From a virus: 64,000 nucleotides of DNA. The notes under the pieces were generated by a model. It was not told the DNA's origin. It worked only from the letters and a program-made list of their open reading frames with translations, and made no database searches. The position numbers and the translations under genes are program-made. Of this stretch, positions 47,138 to 56,373 are shown piece by piece (the stretch's first letter is position 1; every line of letters begins with the position of its first letter). The stretch covers positions 1 through 64,000 of the IMG/VR virus record IMGVR_UViG_3300027782_004428; one strand, 5' to 3'.

Positions 47138-47404
47138 TCAGCCCTGCACTTCTTGATACTTTTGTAAAGCCCGTACCCTGGCCACGAGTAATCTAATCTT
47201 CACATAGTCACTGAGTTCGTCGTCATCCAGTTCTGGTTGAAATGGTTGAACCCTGGGCTTACGTGCCAGACTAGAACACAGGAATTCATCATCCGGTGCA
47301 TCGTATGGGTTGGTACCCTGCAACCGGATTGATGTAAACCGGTTGGGATTACTTCTTAGTAGTTTCGGCTTTGGCGGCAGGCGTACCCGTTGTGCTTTTG
47401 GCAT
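47138..47404 (-). CDS. hypothetical protein, start uncertain
   Basis: ORF filling gap, overlaps neighbouring gene by 56 nt. Confidence 0.4.
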   Translation of the reverse strand: MPKAQRVRLPPKPKLLRSNPNRFTSIRLQGTNPYDAPDDEFLCSSLARKPRVQPFQPELDDDELSDYVKIRLLVARVRALQKYQEVQG

Positions 47405-47549
47405 CAGCCTTGGCAGGAGTACTGGCTGCTGTAGCAGGCGCAGTAACAGCAGGCTTGGCTTCTACTTTCTTTTCTTCTTTCTTGGGTGCATCTGCGGCAA
47501 ACACAGAAACGGCAAACACGGTAGCGATGAGAGCGATAAATTGTTTCAT
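47349..47549 (-). CDS. small secreted Ala/Lys/Pro-rich protein
   Basis: AAGGAG RBS; signal peptide ending VFA. Confidence 0.75.
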   Translation of the reverse strand: MKQFIALIATVFAVSVFAADAPKKEEKKVEAKPAVTAPATAASTPAKADAKSTTGTPAAKAETTKK

Positions 47550-47603
47550 AGTAATCTCCTTTGATTTGAAACTATAGCAAGAACCTTCCTGCTATACATA
47601 TAC

Positions 47604-47630
47604 AACGCCATAGCCCTGCAAAAGGTTGAC
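47604..47630 (-). promoter_or_regulatory. ECF-sigma-like promoter
   Basis: minus strand GTCAAC-N17-CGTT, same geometry as 3132-3158. Confidence 0.45.
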
Positions 47631-47636
47631 ACAGTC

Positions 47637-47686
47637 TGGCAATGTTGCCAAAACATATTGCGATTGTGTGACAACTGTCTTATAAT
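47637..47686 (+). promoter_or_regulatory. palindrome and sigma70 promoter
   Basis: TGGCAA-TG-TTGCCA 47637-47650; TTGCGA-17-TATAAT 47658-47686. Confidence 0.6.
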
Positions 47687-47732
47687 ACTTAAATGCTGTA
47701 CGCAACGGCTACTACTATGAAAGGTAAAAAAT

Positions 47733-47999
47733 ATGCGTTTTAATCCAGAAACTAAGACTTACAAAGTGTTCAATGCACTTTACAACGGCGAGACTTTGAC
47801 TCCATCAGAAGCAAAGAAGCGTTTTGGCGTGGGTAACTTGAGTGCTGAAGCCAGCCGCATCCGTGCTGCCGGTTTTGCTGTTTACTCAAACAGCCGCACC
47901 GCCGGTAACGGTGTCAAGGTTACAGAATATGTAATTGGCAAGCCAAGCCGCAAAATTGTAGCCGCTGGTTACAAAGCAATGGCCATGGGCCTGGTCTAA
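47733..47999 (+). CDS. winged helix-turn-helix DNA-binding protein
   Basis: L..G.TLT..EA..RFGV.NL.A..SRIR..G..V. Confidence 0.7.
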   Translation: MRFNPETKTYKVFNALYNGETLTPSEAKKRFGVGNLSAEASRIRAAGFAVYSNSRTAGNGVKVTEYVIGKPSRKIVAAGYKAMAMGLV

Positions 48000-48037
48000 A
48001 ATTTAGACACGCTGTCCAATTCAGACTGGACACATTG

Positions 48038-48066
48038 AAAAACCCTGCCCACGGTAGGGTTTTTTC
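48038..48066 (+). terminator. intrinsic terminator
   Basis: AAAAACCCTGCC-CAC-GGTAGGG-T6. Confidence 0.85.
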
Positions 48067-48078
48067 TTTAAATATCCC

Positions 48079-48969
48079 ATGCACATAGAACCCACCAGCA
48101 GATGCACTTTATCTTGTCCAGCCTGTCCTAGAACATGGTTTTCTGACAGATTAAATCGCGCATTTCCCAAACAAGATTTAGACTTAGATCATCTTGAACA
48201 TTTTTTGGATTGCAAAAGCGGTCATCAAATCAAATCATTCATGCTCAATGGCAATCATGGTGATCCGATTTATTATCCTGATCTTTTGCCCCTGATAGCT
48301 CGATTTAGAAATACCAAATCATTTAAAATCAGCACCAATGGCAGTTACCAAACACCAAAATTCTGGCAAGAGTTATCAAACCAGTTAACAGACAAAGACA
48401 CTGTGTTTTTTAGCATCGATGGACTTGAGCACAACAATCATTTGTATCGAAAAAACAGTGACTGGAAATCAATCATGCAAGGACTGGAAATCATGTCTCA
48501 GGGTCCGGCTCGCGTGGTTTGGAAAACTCTGATATTTTCTTATAACGCAAATGAACTAGATCAAATTCAAGATGTTGCACACAGTCGCGGGGTAGAATTC
48601 ATTGCCGAATCAACCAGCAGATTTGGCGATGATGCCTTGGTCCCGGATACCCACCTGATTGATACCAGTCGTTTGTACAAAAATATTCAAGAACAAGTAA
48701 CCATCCAACCACAGTGTAGCACACAAGAATATATTTCAGCAGATGGATACTATTGGCCGTGTTGTCTAATCACTTCAATGTTTACTTTACATAAAACAGA
48801 ATTATGGAAACAAAGGAAAAATTGGGCTATTCAAAATCAGACGTTAGATCAAACTAGGTTACATTTGAACCACTGGAAACAATCTATTTTGGACAGCCCA
48901 GAGACTGCGCATGATGTGTGTAAAATGAGTTGTAAACCAGGTCAGGAATTTGGTTGGTCCAAAATGTGA
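48079..48969 (+). CDS. radical SAM protein with C-terminal SPASM/twitch-like Cys
   Basis: CTLSCPAC, GDP, STNG, FSIDG, PCC, CKMSC. Confidence 0.88.
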   Translation: MHIEPTSRCTLSCPACPRTWFSDRLNRAFPKQDLDLDHLEHFLDCKSGHQIKSFMLNGNHGDPIYYPDLLPLIARFRNTKSFKISTNGSYQTPKFWQELSNQLTDKDTVFFSIDGLEHNNHLYRKNSDWKSIMQGLEIMSQGPARVVWKTLIFSYNANELDQIQDVAHSRGVEFIAESTSRFGDDALVPDTHLIDTSRLYKNIQEQVTIQPQCSTQEYISADGYYWPCCLITSMFTLHKTELWKQRKNWAIQNQTLDQTRLHLNHWKQSILDSPETAHDVCKMSCKPGQEFGWSKM

Positions 48970-48998
48970 TTGACCAATTATTCTAGATCCTGTATAAT
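48970..48998 (+). promoter_or_regulatory. sigma70 promoter, leaderless
   Basis: TTGACC-17-TATAAT, ATG 6 nt downstream. Confidence 0.85.
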
Positions 48999-49004
48999 AA
49001 CTAT

Positions 49005-49457
49005 ATGCTTAAAAAACTCTTTCAACGCTGGGGACGGTACCGTGTGATCATGGACCGTGTGGAAAACGAACCCTATCTGGAACGCTACTACGTGTTCCTC
49101 AAGGATAGAAATAGATTTCCATTCAATGTTTTTGTACACAAGTTTCTCAAGAGTGACCCCGATGACGTGCATGACCATCCTTGGCCGTTCCTGACCGTAA
49201 TCCTTCGGGGCGGCTACTGGGAATGGAGACCGCAATTCAACTCAAAAGGCGCCAAGGTTAGCGAAATTGCCAAATGGTGTGGTCCTGGTAGCGTCCGTTG
49301 GGCCAGTGCCAGTCAGTATCACAGAGTAGAACTAGACCCAGATGTCACATGTTGGACCTTGTTCTGCCCTGGCATCAAACAACGTGATTGGGGATTCCTG
49401 GTCCAGAACCAGTGGGTGCAGTGGGAACAATATTTAAAGCAAAGGAAAACAGTATGA
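49005..49457 (+). CDS. cupin-fold phage protein
   Basis: HDHPW.F...IL.GGY.E, YHRVEL, WTLF..G....WGF. Confidence 0.75.
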   Translation: MLKKLFQRWGRYRVIMDRVENEPYLERYYVFLKDRNRFPFNVFVHKFLKSDPDDVHDHPWPFLTVILRGGYWEWRPQFNSKGAKVSEIAKWCGPGSVRWASASQYHRVELDPDVTCWTLFCPGIKQRDWGFLVQNQWVQWEQYLKQRKTV

Positions 49458-49759
49458 ATTGGTTAAAACGTTGGTTGGCCCGAGCAGTGGTTGAAGGCCA
49501 TGAAGACTCTTCTGATCGGTCAGATCGTATATACGGAACTTTGGCCAGCACCAAAAAACGTGCCGTTGGGCAAGATGTTGAAAGCGATGAAGGACTCAAC
49601 ATCACAGTACGCAAGGCCATTGGTGGCAGGATTGTGACGTTTAGGCACTATGATGCCAAAACTGACCGCCACAATCACCGGCTGTATGTAATCCCCGAAG
49701 AGCTTGACTTTGAGCGAGAATTGGGCAAGATGATCACCCTAGAATCCATGAGAGGCTGA
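49454..49759 (+). CDS. hypothetical protein
   Basis: AAGGA RBS, ATGA overlap. Confidence 0.7.
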   Translation: MNWLKRWLARAVVEGHEDSSDRSDRIYGTLASTKKRAVGQDVESDEGLNITVRKAIGGRIVTFRHYDAKTDRHNHRLYVIPEELDFERELGKMITLESMRG

Positions 49760-49772
49760 AAGTAAATACACT

Positions 49773-50129
49773 ATGGAACTAATAAATTTTATACTTGATC
49801 TTGTGTTTTGGGGCATGGTGTCCTGGTTCGTGTTTACCTGGTTGGTGAGTCGTTATTTGGAGTCACGCCAGGTTGATTCGGTGGTACATGATCTTGATCA
49901 GGAACGGCTGATCCCACTCACAGTAGAGGTTGACCAAAATCAATATTTCTGCTACAATAGTATTACTAAGGCATTTGTGTGCCAAGGTTACAGTTTGAAG
50001 GAAATTGTAGAACGTTTTAAACAACTGTATCCAGAAAAGGCAGCCGCCATTTATGACGGCGACGAAACAGCAGTACGTATACTTAAATCACAATTGAAAG
50101 AACTAGATGAAAATCGCAATAGCATCTGA
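49773..50129 (+). CDS. membrane-anchored hypothetical protein
   Basis: N-terminal TM; TAAATA-N4-ATG. Confidence 0.7.
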   Translation: MELINFILDLVFWGMVSWFVFTWLVSRYLESRQVDSVVHDLDQERLIPLTVEVDQNQYFCYNSITKAFVCQGYSLKEIVERFKQLYPEKAAAIYDGDETAVRILKSQLKELDENRNSI

Positions 50130-51030
50130 CCTCCATCTTGAATTTGGTGACCTTGAAATCACCAATGACAATCAGGCTGATGTGTTGATCTTGAGCGGCG
50201 ACATCCTTGTTGCCAAAGACATCACACAACGTGATCCTCATGGCGTGATGGGCCCAGAATATCGTAGCAATCGTTTTCATGATTTCATGCAACGATGCTC
50301 GGCACAATTCCCACACGTTATCTACATATTGGGTAACCATGAGCACTACCATGGTGACTTTGCCAATACAGAAAAACACCTGAAGGAAGTGCTGGGCTAC
50401 TTGTCCAACGTGTACATTCTAGAACGTGAGATCAAGGCAATCGATGATGTTACTTTTATTGGTGGCACATTGTGGACCGACATGAACAACGGTGATGAAC
50501 TTACTTTGTATCACATGAAGACCATGATGAACGACTTTGTTTGTGTGCAAAACTCTAACCGGGTTGTGAACTACCGAGCAGATGTTCTTAAAGACAAGCC
50601 AGTGGGCATGACTGACGACGAATTTTTGATGTTGCCCACTTGTGATCGATTCAAAACAGTGTTCAAGACTCGTACTGCAAAATTTCAGCCCGAAGATGCG
50701 GCGGCGGAGCATGCTCAGACCAAAGGCTACATTCAGCAAATTATTGAAGGCAAACCAGATCAAAAGTTTGTGGTAGTGGGACACCATGCTCCAAGCCGCA
50801 AAAGCACACATGAAATGTATGTTAAAGATACTGTCATGAACGGTGGTTACAGTAGCAACATGGACGAGTTTATCATGGATCATCCACAGATTCGACTGTG
50901 GACACATGGACACACGCATCATGTGTTTGACTATGTGATTGGTGAAACCCGTGTGGTTTGCAATCCACGCGGTTATATTAACTATGAAGCGAGGGCAAGT
51001 GAATGGAAACTCCTGACCGTGGATATCTAG
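50107..51030 (+). CDS. calcineurin-like metallophosphoesterase
   Basis: SDLHLE, SGD, GNHEHY, HHAP, HGHTH, NPRGY. Confidence 0.9.
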   Translation: MKIAIASDLHLEFGDLEITNDNQADVLILSGDILVAKDITQRDPHGVMGPEYRSNRFHDFMQRCSAQFPHVIYILGNHEHYHGDFANTEKHLKEVLGYLSNVYILEREIKAIDDVTFIGGTLWTDMNNGDELTLYHMKTMMNDFVCVQNSNRVVNYRADVLKDKPVGMTDDEFLMLPTCDRFKTVFKTRTAKFQPEDAAAEHAQTKGYIQQIIEGKPDQKFVVVGHHAPSRKSTHEMYVKDTVMNGGYSSNMDEFIMDHPQIRLWTHGHTHHVFDYVIGETRVVCNPRGYINYEARASEWKLLTVDI

Positions 51031-51209
51031 ACTGGTTTCGATACAGTGGGATCAGTGTTATCGTTACACTGAACCCACTGCATTGGCGTTTGATTCCTGG
51101 TGCCAGACGTGAATATAACGATGGTTGGCCCAGCCCCAATGAACGCACCTGGAGCGTGAGTTGGTTGTTCTTGACCATACGTGGTTGGGTAGACAATGGT
51201 GATTGGTAA
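51003..51209 (+). CDS. hypothetical protein
   Basis: operon ORF. Confidence 0.55.
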   Translation: METPDRGYLDWFRYSGISVIVTLNPLHWRLIPGARREYNDGWPSPNERTWSVSWLFLTIRGWVDNGDW

Positions 51210-51361
51210 TGCGAGAGCATGCGGAGTGGATCATACTCTCGGTGCTGATCCTGTTGTCTTATCTCAACAACTCTGAAATGGGTCTAGATCGTGAACGTGC
51301 AGAATTGGCTAGACTACGAGACTCAAGTGGATACTTAATACGATATGAACCAACAGACTAA
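51209..51361 (+). CDS. small membrane protein (50 aa, not in ORF track)
   Basis: TAATG coupling; WIILSVLILLSYL. Confidence 0.45.
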   Translation: MREHAEWIILSVLILLSYLNNSEMGLDRERAELARLRDSSGYLIRYEPTD

Positions 51362-51617
51362 ACAACTAGCAGAACAGGCAGGCTTTGTTCTAGATGACTT
51401 ACCGGACACGGTACTACAGCCATTGGAAACATTTGCTGATCTATTGCGAGCCTCCAACACTCGTGAAGTGGTTGCATTGTGCGCCAACACAATCAACCGC
51501 AACCTCAATGAGCAAAAGCAAAAAACAAAACATCGTTGGGAAATCGTAGAAGCTGTGGTGATCGTAACAGCAATGATAGCCTGGGCCACCTGGTGGTACA
51601 CTCAGTCACACACTTAA
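51345..51617 (+). CDS. hypothetical protein with C-terminal TM helix
   Basis: MNQQTKQLAEQAG start; hydrophobic end. Confidence 0.6.
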   Translation: MNQQTKQLAEQAGFVLDDLPDTVLQPLETFADLLRASNTREVVALCANTINRNLNEQKQKTKHRWEIVEAVVIVTAMIAWATWWYTQSHT

Positions 51618-51627
51618 AGGATAAAAC

Positions 51628-52341
51628 ATGAAAGTATACATTAGCAAATATCGAGATCACTGGATCTCACCTTACACCATGTTGGACTATGCATTCTTTT
51701 GGACCGACTGGAGCAAGTGCAGTCGTGACCGGCGTATTCGCAGTCTTGAAGAAGAAAGCAAATATATAGAACATCCAGAGTGGGTAGAACGCTGGAGCGA
51801 TCGCCTGACTCCGGTTAGCCAAGTGATCCAGTGGGTATGGGACCGTGTGCATCCTCCCATCAACTATATAAAAATTGATCACTACGATACCTGGAGCATG
51901 GATTATACTTTGAGTCCCATTATACTGCCCATGCTGAAACAGCTCAAAGAAGCCAAGCACGGTGCTCCGTTTGTGGATGATGAAGATGTGCCTGATCATT
52001 TGAAATCCACAGCCGCACCTGCCAAAGAAAACGAGTGGGACACTGATGCCAATCACTTTGCTCGTTGGGATTGGGCCATGGACGAAATGATCTTTGCGTT
52101 TGAATGCAAAACAGATGACCTCTGGGAAGAGGCTTTCCGTGAAGGAGAGATTGACATGCTGTGGGTGCCTGTGGACAAGGACGGCAATGAAGTACCCAAA
52201 GGTGAGCACCGGTACTATCAAATGAAAGACGGTCCTAAAAATACCTACAAGTGCGATTACGAAGGAATGAAAGTGGTTGAAGCACGTATCCAAAACGGCT
52301 TCCGTTTGTTCGGCAAGTATTATCAAGCACTGTGGGATTGA
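51628..52341 (+). CDS. conserved myovirus hypothetical protein
   Basis: AAGGA RBS; DTWSMDYTL..IILPML, RWDW..DEMIFAF, LFGKYY..LWD. Confidence 0.8.
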   Translation: MKVYISKYRDHWISPYTMLDYAFFWTDWSKCSRDRRIRSLEEESKYIEHPEWVERWSDRLTPVSQVIQWVWDRVHPPINYIKIDHYDTWSMDYTLSPIILPMLKQLKEAKHGAPFVDDEDVPDHLKSTAAPAKENEWDTDANHFARWDWAMDEMIFAFECKTDDLWEEAFREGEIDMLWVPVDKDGNEVPKGEHRYYQMKDGPKNTYKCDYEGMKVVEARIQNGFRLFGKYYQALWD

Positions 52342-52901
52342 TGAAAATCGTTCGTGTAGAACCTGTTGTGCCCATGGTGAGCATGACCTGGATGATAGGT
52401 TCACGCTGTAACTATGCGTGTTCTTATTGTCCTCCAGAATTACACGACGATACAAGTCCGCATCCTGATCTAGATCGACTAAAATTGGTATGGCAAAACT
52501 TTTATTCAAAGACCCAACAAACCGGACTGCCTTACAAAATATCATTTACCGGCGGTGAAGTCACTGCCAACAAAAGTTTTTTGCCCTTGATAGAATATCT
52601 ACGTAGCAACTACGTCATTGGACAAATGCTTGTGACCACAAATGGTAGTGCCAGCACAGCCTACTATCTGCAACTGTCCGAACTAGTAGATGCAATTAGT
52701 TTTAGTACACATTCAGAATACTGGGATGAACACAAGTTTTTTGAAACAGTGACAGCAGTAAATAAAGTCATGATCCGTCCTGAAAAAAGTTGTCATGTGA
52801 ACATCATGGACGAATCTTGGAATAGAGAAAACTTCCCACACTATCAAGAATTGTTAACTCAACACGGTGTGAGTCACAGTATCAATCTTATCCATGATTA
52901 A
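52341..52901 (+). CDS. radical SAM core protein (short)
   Basis: CNYACSYC, FTGGE, TTNGS, FSTHSE. Confidence 0.85.
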   Translation: MKIVRVEPVVPMVSMTWMIGSRCNYACSYCPPELHDDTSPHPDLDRLKLVWQNFYSKTQQTGLPYKISFTGGEVTANKSFLPLIEYLRSNYVIGQMLVTTNGSASTAYYLQLSELVDAISFSTHSEYWDEHKFFETVTAVNKVMIRPEKSCHVNIMDESWNRENFPHYQELLTQHGVSHSINLIHD

Positions 52902-53196
52902 ACACAAAAATTACAACTGTCGAGCAACAGACGAACAAGGGCGCGAACACCTAGTGTATGCCAATTGGTTGCACAATGAAGGATTAGATACTTGGCACGG
53001 ATATCATTGCGATGCTGGCCATACTAGATTTTATATTGACAAAAATTTTGATGTCTGGAGTGGCGAATGTAAAAACAACCATCTTGGTAGTGCATTAACT
53101 GATTGGTCTCCCAAGACTGACACAGTATGCAAACGCACAACCTGTACAGGTTGCACAGATGATTTAATCACAAGAAAGTATCAAAATGACATTTAA
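52894..53196 (+). CDS. stand-alone SPASM/twitch-like Fe-S domain
   Basis: W.GY.CDAG, GEC...LG, CKRTTCTGCTDD. Confidence 0.7.
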   Translation: MIKHKNYNCRATDEQGREHLVYANWLHNEGLDTWHGYHCDAGHTRFYIDKNFDVWSGECKNNHLGSALTDWSPKTDTVCKRTTCTGCTDDLITRKYQNDI

Positions 53197-53440
53197 ACAC
53201 ATGATCAGAGACATGATGACCTACCACGCCGACTTGGGAGTAGAATTCACTCCCAACTCAATCCCCCGAAGCGATTACGAGCAGTGGCGGAAACAGTACA
53301 CCTGGGACGCTCTGCATGATCTACGCTATGGCCAAAGTTTCTGCAACTACTTTGGCGTCACAGATCAACGAATCTTCTATGAGCGAAACTGGCAAACTTG
53401 TGACACAGTGATTCAGCGAGAGTGGCTTGCAAGATCCTAA
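53186..53440 (+). CDS. hypothetical protein
   Basis: LRYGQSFCN motif. Confidence 0.65.
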   Translation: MTFKHMIRDMMTYHADLGVEFTPNSIPRSDYEQWRKQYTWDALHDLRYGQSFCNYFGVTDQRIFYERNWQTCDTVIQREWLARS

Positions 53441-53669
53441 CTTTCCACACGGTGCTCAAATATCATGGGGCAGAGAGTATGACACAATCACAGCCTGGGA
53501 CACAATTGCCACCTGGGGTGTAGAGTTTTTTGGCCTGCCCGGCGATCGTTATGTCACCGACATTCACATCAACGATATGACCTGGTGGTTTCGATCCGAA
53601 CATGATCGGTTGCTGTTTGTTTTACGCAACGGCCTGGCTCGATGCATACAGTTAGAGTCCACAACATAG
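53427..53669 (+). CDS. small hypothetical protein (paralogous family)
   Basis: W..EFFG.PGDRY...W.FRSE.D..LF.L; TTG start. Confidence 0.6.
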   Translation: MQDPNFPHGAQISWGREYDTITAWDTIATWGVEFFGLPGDRYVTDIHINDMTWWFRSEHDRLLFVLRNGLARCIQLESTT

Positions 53670-53860
53670 AAGTTTTTGATGCAATTGACCTAAAGAATCA
53701 ATTGCTCCAGGCGGGCCTGGCAATAGAGCAAGACTTTGAATGGGCCTGGATCACTGCTGAATACAACAACGTAGAAGGATGGACACGGCAGAAACATGCA
53801 GAATTTCGATTCCATGATCCAGCCTTGGCCACGTTTTATCAGTTGAAATGGGCACGATAA
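53642..53860 (+). CDS. small hypothetical protein (paralogous family)
   Basis: FRFHDP..ATFY.LKW. Confidence 0.65.
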   Translation: MHTVRVHNIEVFDAIDLKNQLLQAGLAIEQDFEWAWITAEYNNVEGWTRQKHAEFRFHDPALATFYQLKWAR

Positions 53861-53872
53861 TAAGTATTGTTG

Positions 53873-54112
53873 ATGAAGCGCACTCATGCACCCCTGTTTG
53901 AAATTCGTCCAGGCGATAGTTTTAACTATGCCCGGGAAATCAACAAACCGTTTGGTGAACTGGATCGGGTGCTGGCCTGGTGCAAAACTGAACTAACCGG
54001 CGAATGGCGTTGGCAACTGGTAGATGTCAGCACAGATCAACGTCCTGGTCGCTACATTTTCTACTTTGATTCTGAACGTGACTACTTTGCATTCACGCTG
54101 TACTGGCAGTAA
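53873..54112 (+). CDS. small hypothetical protein (paralogous family)
   Basis: WC......W.W...YIFYFDSERD..AF.L.W. Confidence 0.65.
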   Translation: MKRTHAPLFEIRPGDSFNYAREINKPFGELDRVLAWCKTELTGEWRWQLVDVSTDQRPGRYIFYFDSERDYFAFTLYWQ

Positions 54113-54133
54113 AAACTAGTACTTTTGCTGTAC

Positions 54134-54162
54134 TTGACAACAAACCCCAAATCCTGTATAAT
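54134..54162 (+). promoter_or_regulatory. sigma70 promoter
   Basis: TTGACA-17-TATAAT. Confidence 0.88.
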
Positions 54163-54193
54163 TTAGACATAGAAACTTTTAATAGGTGTCACT

Positions 54194-54430
54194 TTGTCTA
54201 TCCAAATCGAAAACTTAACTCCCGAGCAGGTTGAAATGTGCGACATCATGTGGAGTTTTGAATCTGCTGAAGAATACGTTGAATGGTATGAACTGCTGGA
54301 CGACGAAGACAAACGTCAGGCGGATGTACTGCAACGCATGATCATTCTTGAAAGCATGGAAGAAATGTTGGCCGAGGTCAACGACAACTATCGACAAGCC
54401 CGCAACTATTTGAAAAAGTTTCGTCTATGA
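54194..54430 (+). CDS. hypothetical protein
   Basis: TTG start after AGGTG. Confidence 0.65.
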   Translation: MSIQIENLTPEQVEMCDIMWSFESAEEYVEWYELLDDEDKRQADVLQRMIILESMEEMLAEVNDNYRQARNYLKKFRL

Positions 54431-54759
54431 ACCACCACTTTGTTGTTATGTGGGATAATACCGGCCTGGAGTACATAGGCGATATCACTGCGGACGAAAC
54501 CAATCGTAGTTGGTCGGCGCTGAAAGGCAAACCCGTTGGTAGTGCCTTGCCCAATCTCAACCATATGATGCTCCGTGCTAGATACAACCCACAGCGTCAC
54601 TATGAGATCTATCAGGTAGAAGCCACAGATGGTATCACGGCTGATGACATACGAAACATGTTTGCGGCCAGTCCCCAAACAGCCGCGGACACAATCCGCA
54701 GACTTGGTCACTGCTACTTTAGTGATCGAGTGCAAGAAGATCAAGTGGTAATTCGGTAA
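54427..54759 (+). CDS. hypothetical protein
   Basis: ATGA overlap; LRARYNPQRHYEIY. Confidence 0.7.
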   Translation: MNHHFVVMWDNTGLEYIGDITADETNRSWSALKGKPVGSALPNLNHMMLRARYNPQRHYEIYQVEATDGITADDIRNMFAASPQTAADTIRRLGHCYFSDRVQEDQVVIR

Positions 54760-54762
54760 CAG

Positions 54763-54851
54763 TTGACAGCATGGTGTATTTGCTATATAATACACACAAG
54801 TTAGCCAGGTATGGTACCAGGCGGCTTATTAATCTGACGTATTGCACGTCA
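54763..54851 (+). promoter_or_regulatory. sigma70 promoter and structured leader with palindrome
   Basis: TTGACA 54763, TATAAT 54786; TGACGT-N5-ACGTCA 54835-54851. Confidence 0.75.
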
Positions 54852-54866
54852 CTGAAAGGAAACTAA

Positions 54867-55919
54867 ATGGCACAAAAACGTCTCACACGCAAACTCACTG
54901 ATGTGATTGCTGAAGTTGAAAAACAACTCCGAGCACACTACAACGTGACTCAAAAAGACCTTGATGCATGGCGAGCCCGTGCAAAGGCTTTATCACACAA
55001 ATTCCCCAACAGTTCAATGATTGCCATTGAAGATCTTTGGATTGATTATGAAGTCCAGCGTGATGTGTTACACAAGCATATTATCAACATCATGCGAAAA
55101 TGGGATCCACGTATCTGTTCACCTGGGTCTGCTTGTCGGTTTGGAGGAAAACCTCCAATCTATTTGTATGATGCACAACACCGTACCATTGCGGCTGGCC
55201 TACTAGGTTATACAGAAATTCCTTGTGCTGTAGTAGAAACAAACGAACTTAATTTTGCAAGTTATGCATTTGAAATGCTCAACGACACTGGAGTCAAACG
55301 CCTCACTCCGGGGGACCTGCACCGTAATGCCTTGGTGCGTTACAAGAACGGTAGTCGAGACAAGAAGGTTGTGGATGCTCGGACGATGCAGGACCAGTTT
55401 GATACCGCAGGCATTGACTTACAGGACAAAGGTTCACGTGCCTCAGATAACTTGCGTGGCGACAACGATTACTTTATGAGTCACTTTAAATATGCACAAA
55501 AAGGCATTGAGATTGACGACAGTGGCAAAGTATTGCTGGACATATTGACAGCCGTCAAAGACACATTCCCCTTGCAGCAAGAAATTGATCAAGGTTGCTA
55601 TATTGGATTGTACGAGCTCCATCGGATCTCAAGCAACAGTGCTAATAGTAAATTACCTGCTGGATGGATGAAGGCGGTGTTAGAAGCAATTAAACCCACA
55701 TTCAAGAGTTCAGCATTGATACACGCCAAGGCCAAAGTTCAATGGGAACATGTGAATCCAGGTGCAACCTGGTCAGCCCCCAGTGCTATGGCTAACTTTT
55801 TACGTGAATTATACATCCGTGGCGGTGGCATGCTTAACTTGCCGTACCACGGTGAAGGTGCCAAGATGGGTGTGGAAGAAGGCAATGTTGCCCCGGGCTT
55901 GTTTCCTGAAGGAGCATAA
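54867..55919 (+). CDS. ParB/Srx-like (DGQHR-type) domain protein
   Basis: IDYEVQRD, YDAQHR..A, A..F..LN. Confidence 0.7.
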   Translation: MAQKRLTRKLTDVIAEVEKQLRAHYNVTQKDLDAWRARAKALSHKFPNSSMIAIEDLWIDYEVQRDVLHKHIINIMRKWDPRICSPGSACRFGGKPPIYLYDAQHRTIAAGLLGYTEIPCAVVETNELNFASYAFEMLNDTGVKRLTPGDLHRNALVRYKNGSRDKKVVDARTMQDQFDTAGIDLQDKGSRASDNLRGDNDYFMSHFKYAQKGIEIDDSGKVLLDILTAVKDTFPLQQEIDQGCYIGLYELHRISSNSANSKLPAGWMKAVLEAIKPTFKSSALIHAKAKVQWEHVNPGATWSAPSAMANFLRELYIRGGGMLNLPYHGEGAKMGVEEGNVAPGLFPEGA

Positions 55920-55920
55920 C

Positions 55921-56373
55921 ATGAGACCTGTGTGTATTAACTATGGATGTGACAGCGGTGTTTCTGTAATGACAGGAAGTATACATGATGACAACCCACG
56001 ATGGCGTGTACACTGCGGTCATTGCCAGGCCGCAAGTTATGGCAAATGGCCTCATCGCGCTGGAGTAACTCCGTACAAAACTGGTCGATGTAGTAACACT
56101 GATGGGCACCTTGGATTCGATTGTTCGATCAACTGGAAAAAAATTCCGCCCTGGGCCACTGGTATGACCGAAGTTGATCATATTGATGGAGATTTTTCAA
56201 ACAATGGTCTAAGCAACTTAGATGAATTGTGCCCAATTTGTCACAAAATTAAGGGACAACAATCAGGTGATTTTGATAACACAAGACGCCACTCACTCAA
56301 ACTACCAGTTGGATACAAAGGCAAGACCAGTGCCCGCAGCCAATTTAATACATTATTTGAGTTACAAGAATGA
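55921..56373 (+). CDS. HNH endonuclease with zinc-binding Cys
   Basis: AGGAG RBS; EVDHIDGD.SNN..SNL..LCPICH..K. Confidence 0.85.
   Translation: MRPVCINYGCDSGVSVMTGSIHDDNPRWRVHCGHCQAASYGKWPHRAGVTPYKTGRCSNTDGHLGFDCSINWKKIPPWATGMTEVDHIDGDFSNNGLSNLDELCPICHKIKGQQSGDFDNTRRHSLKLPVGYKGKTSARSQFNTLFELQE

Noticed and set aside
47625-47655. TTGACA as a plus-strand sigma70 promoter
   Set aside because: No -10 at 16-18 nt; better read as the minus-strand GTCAAC element.
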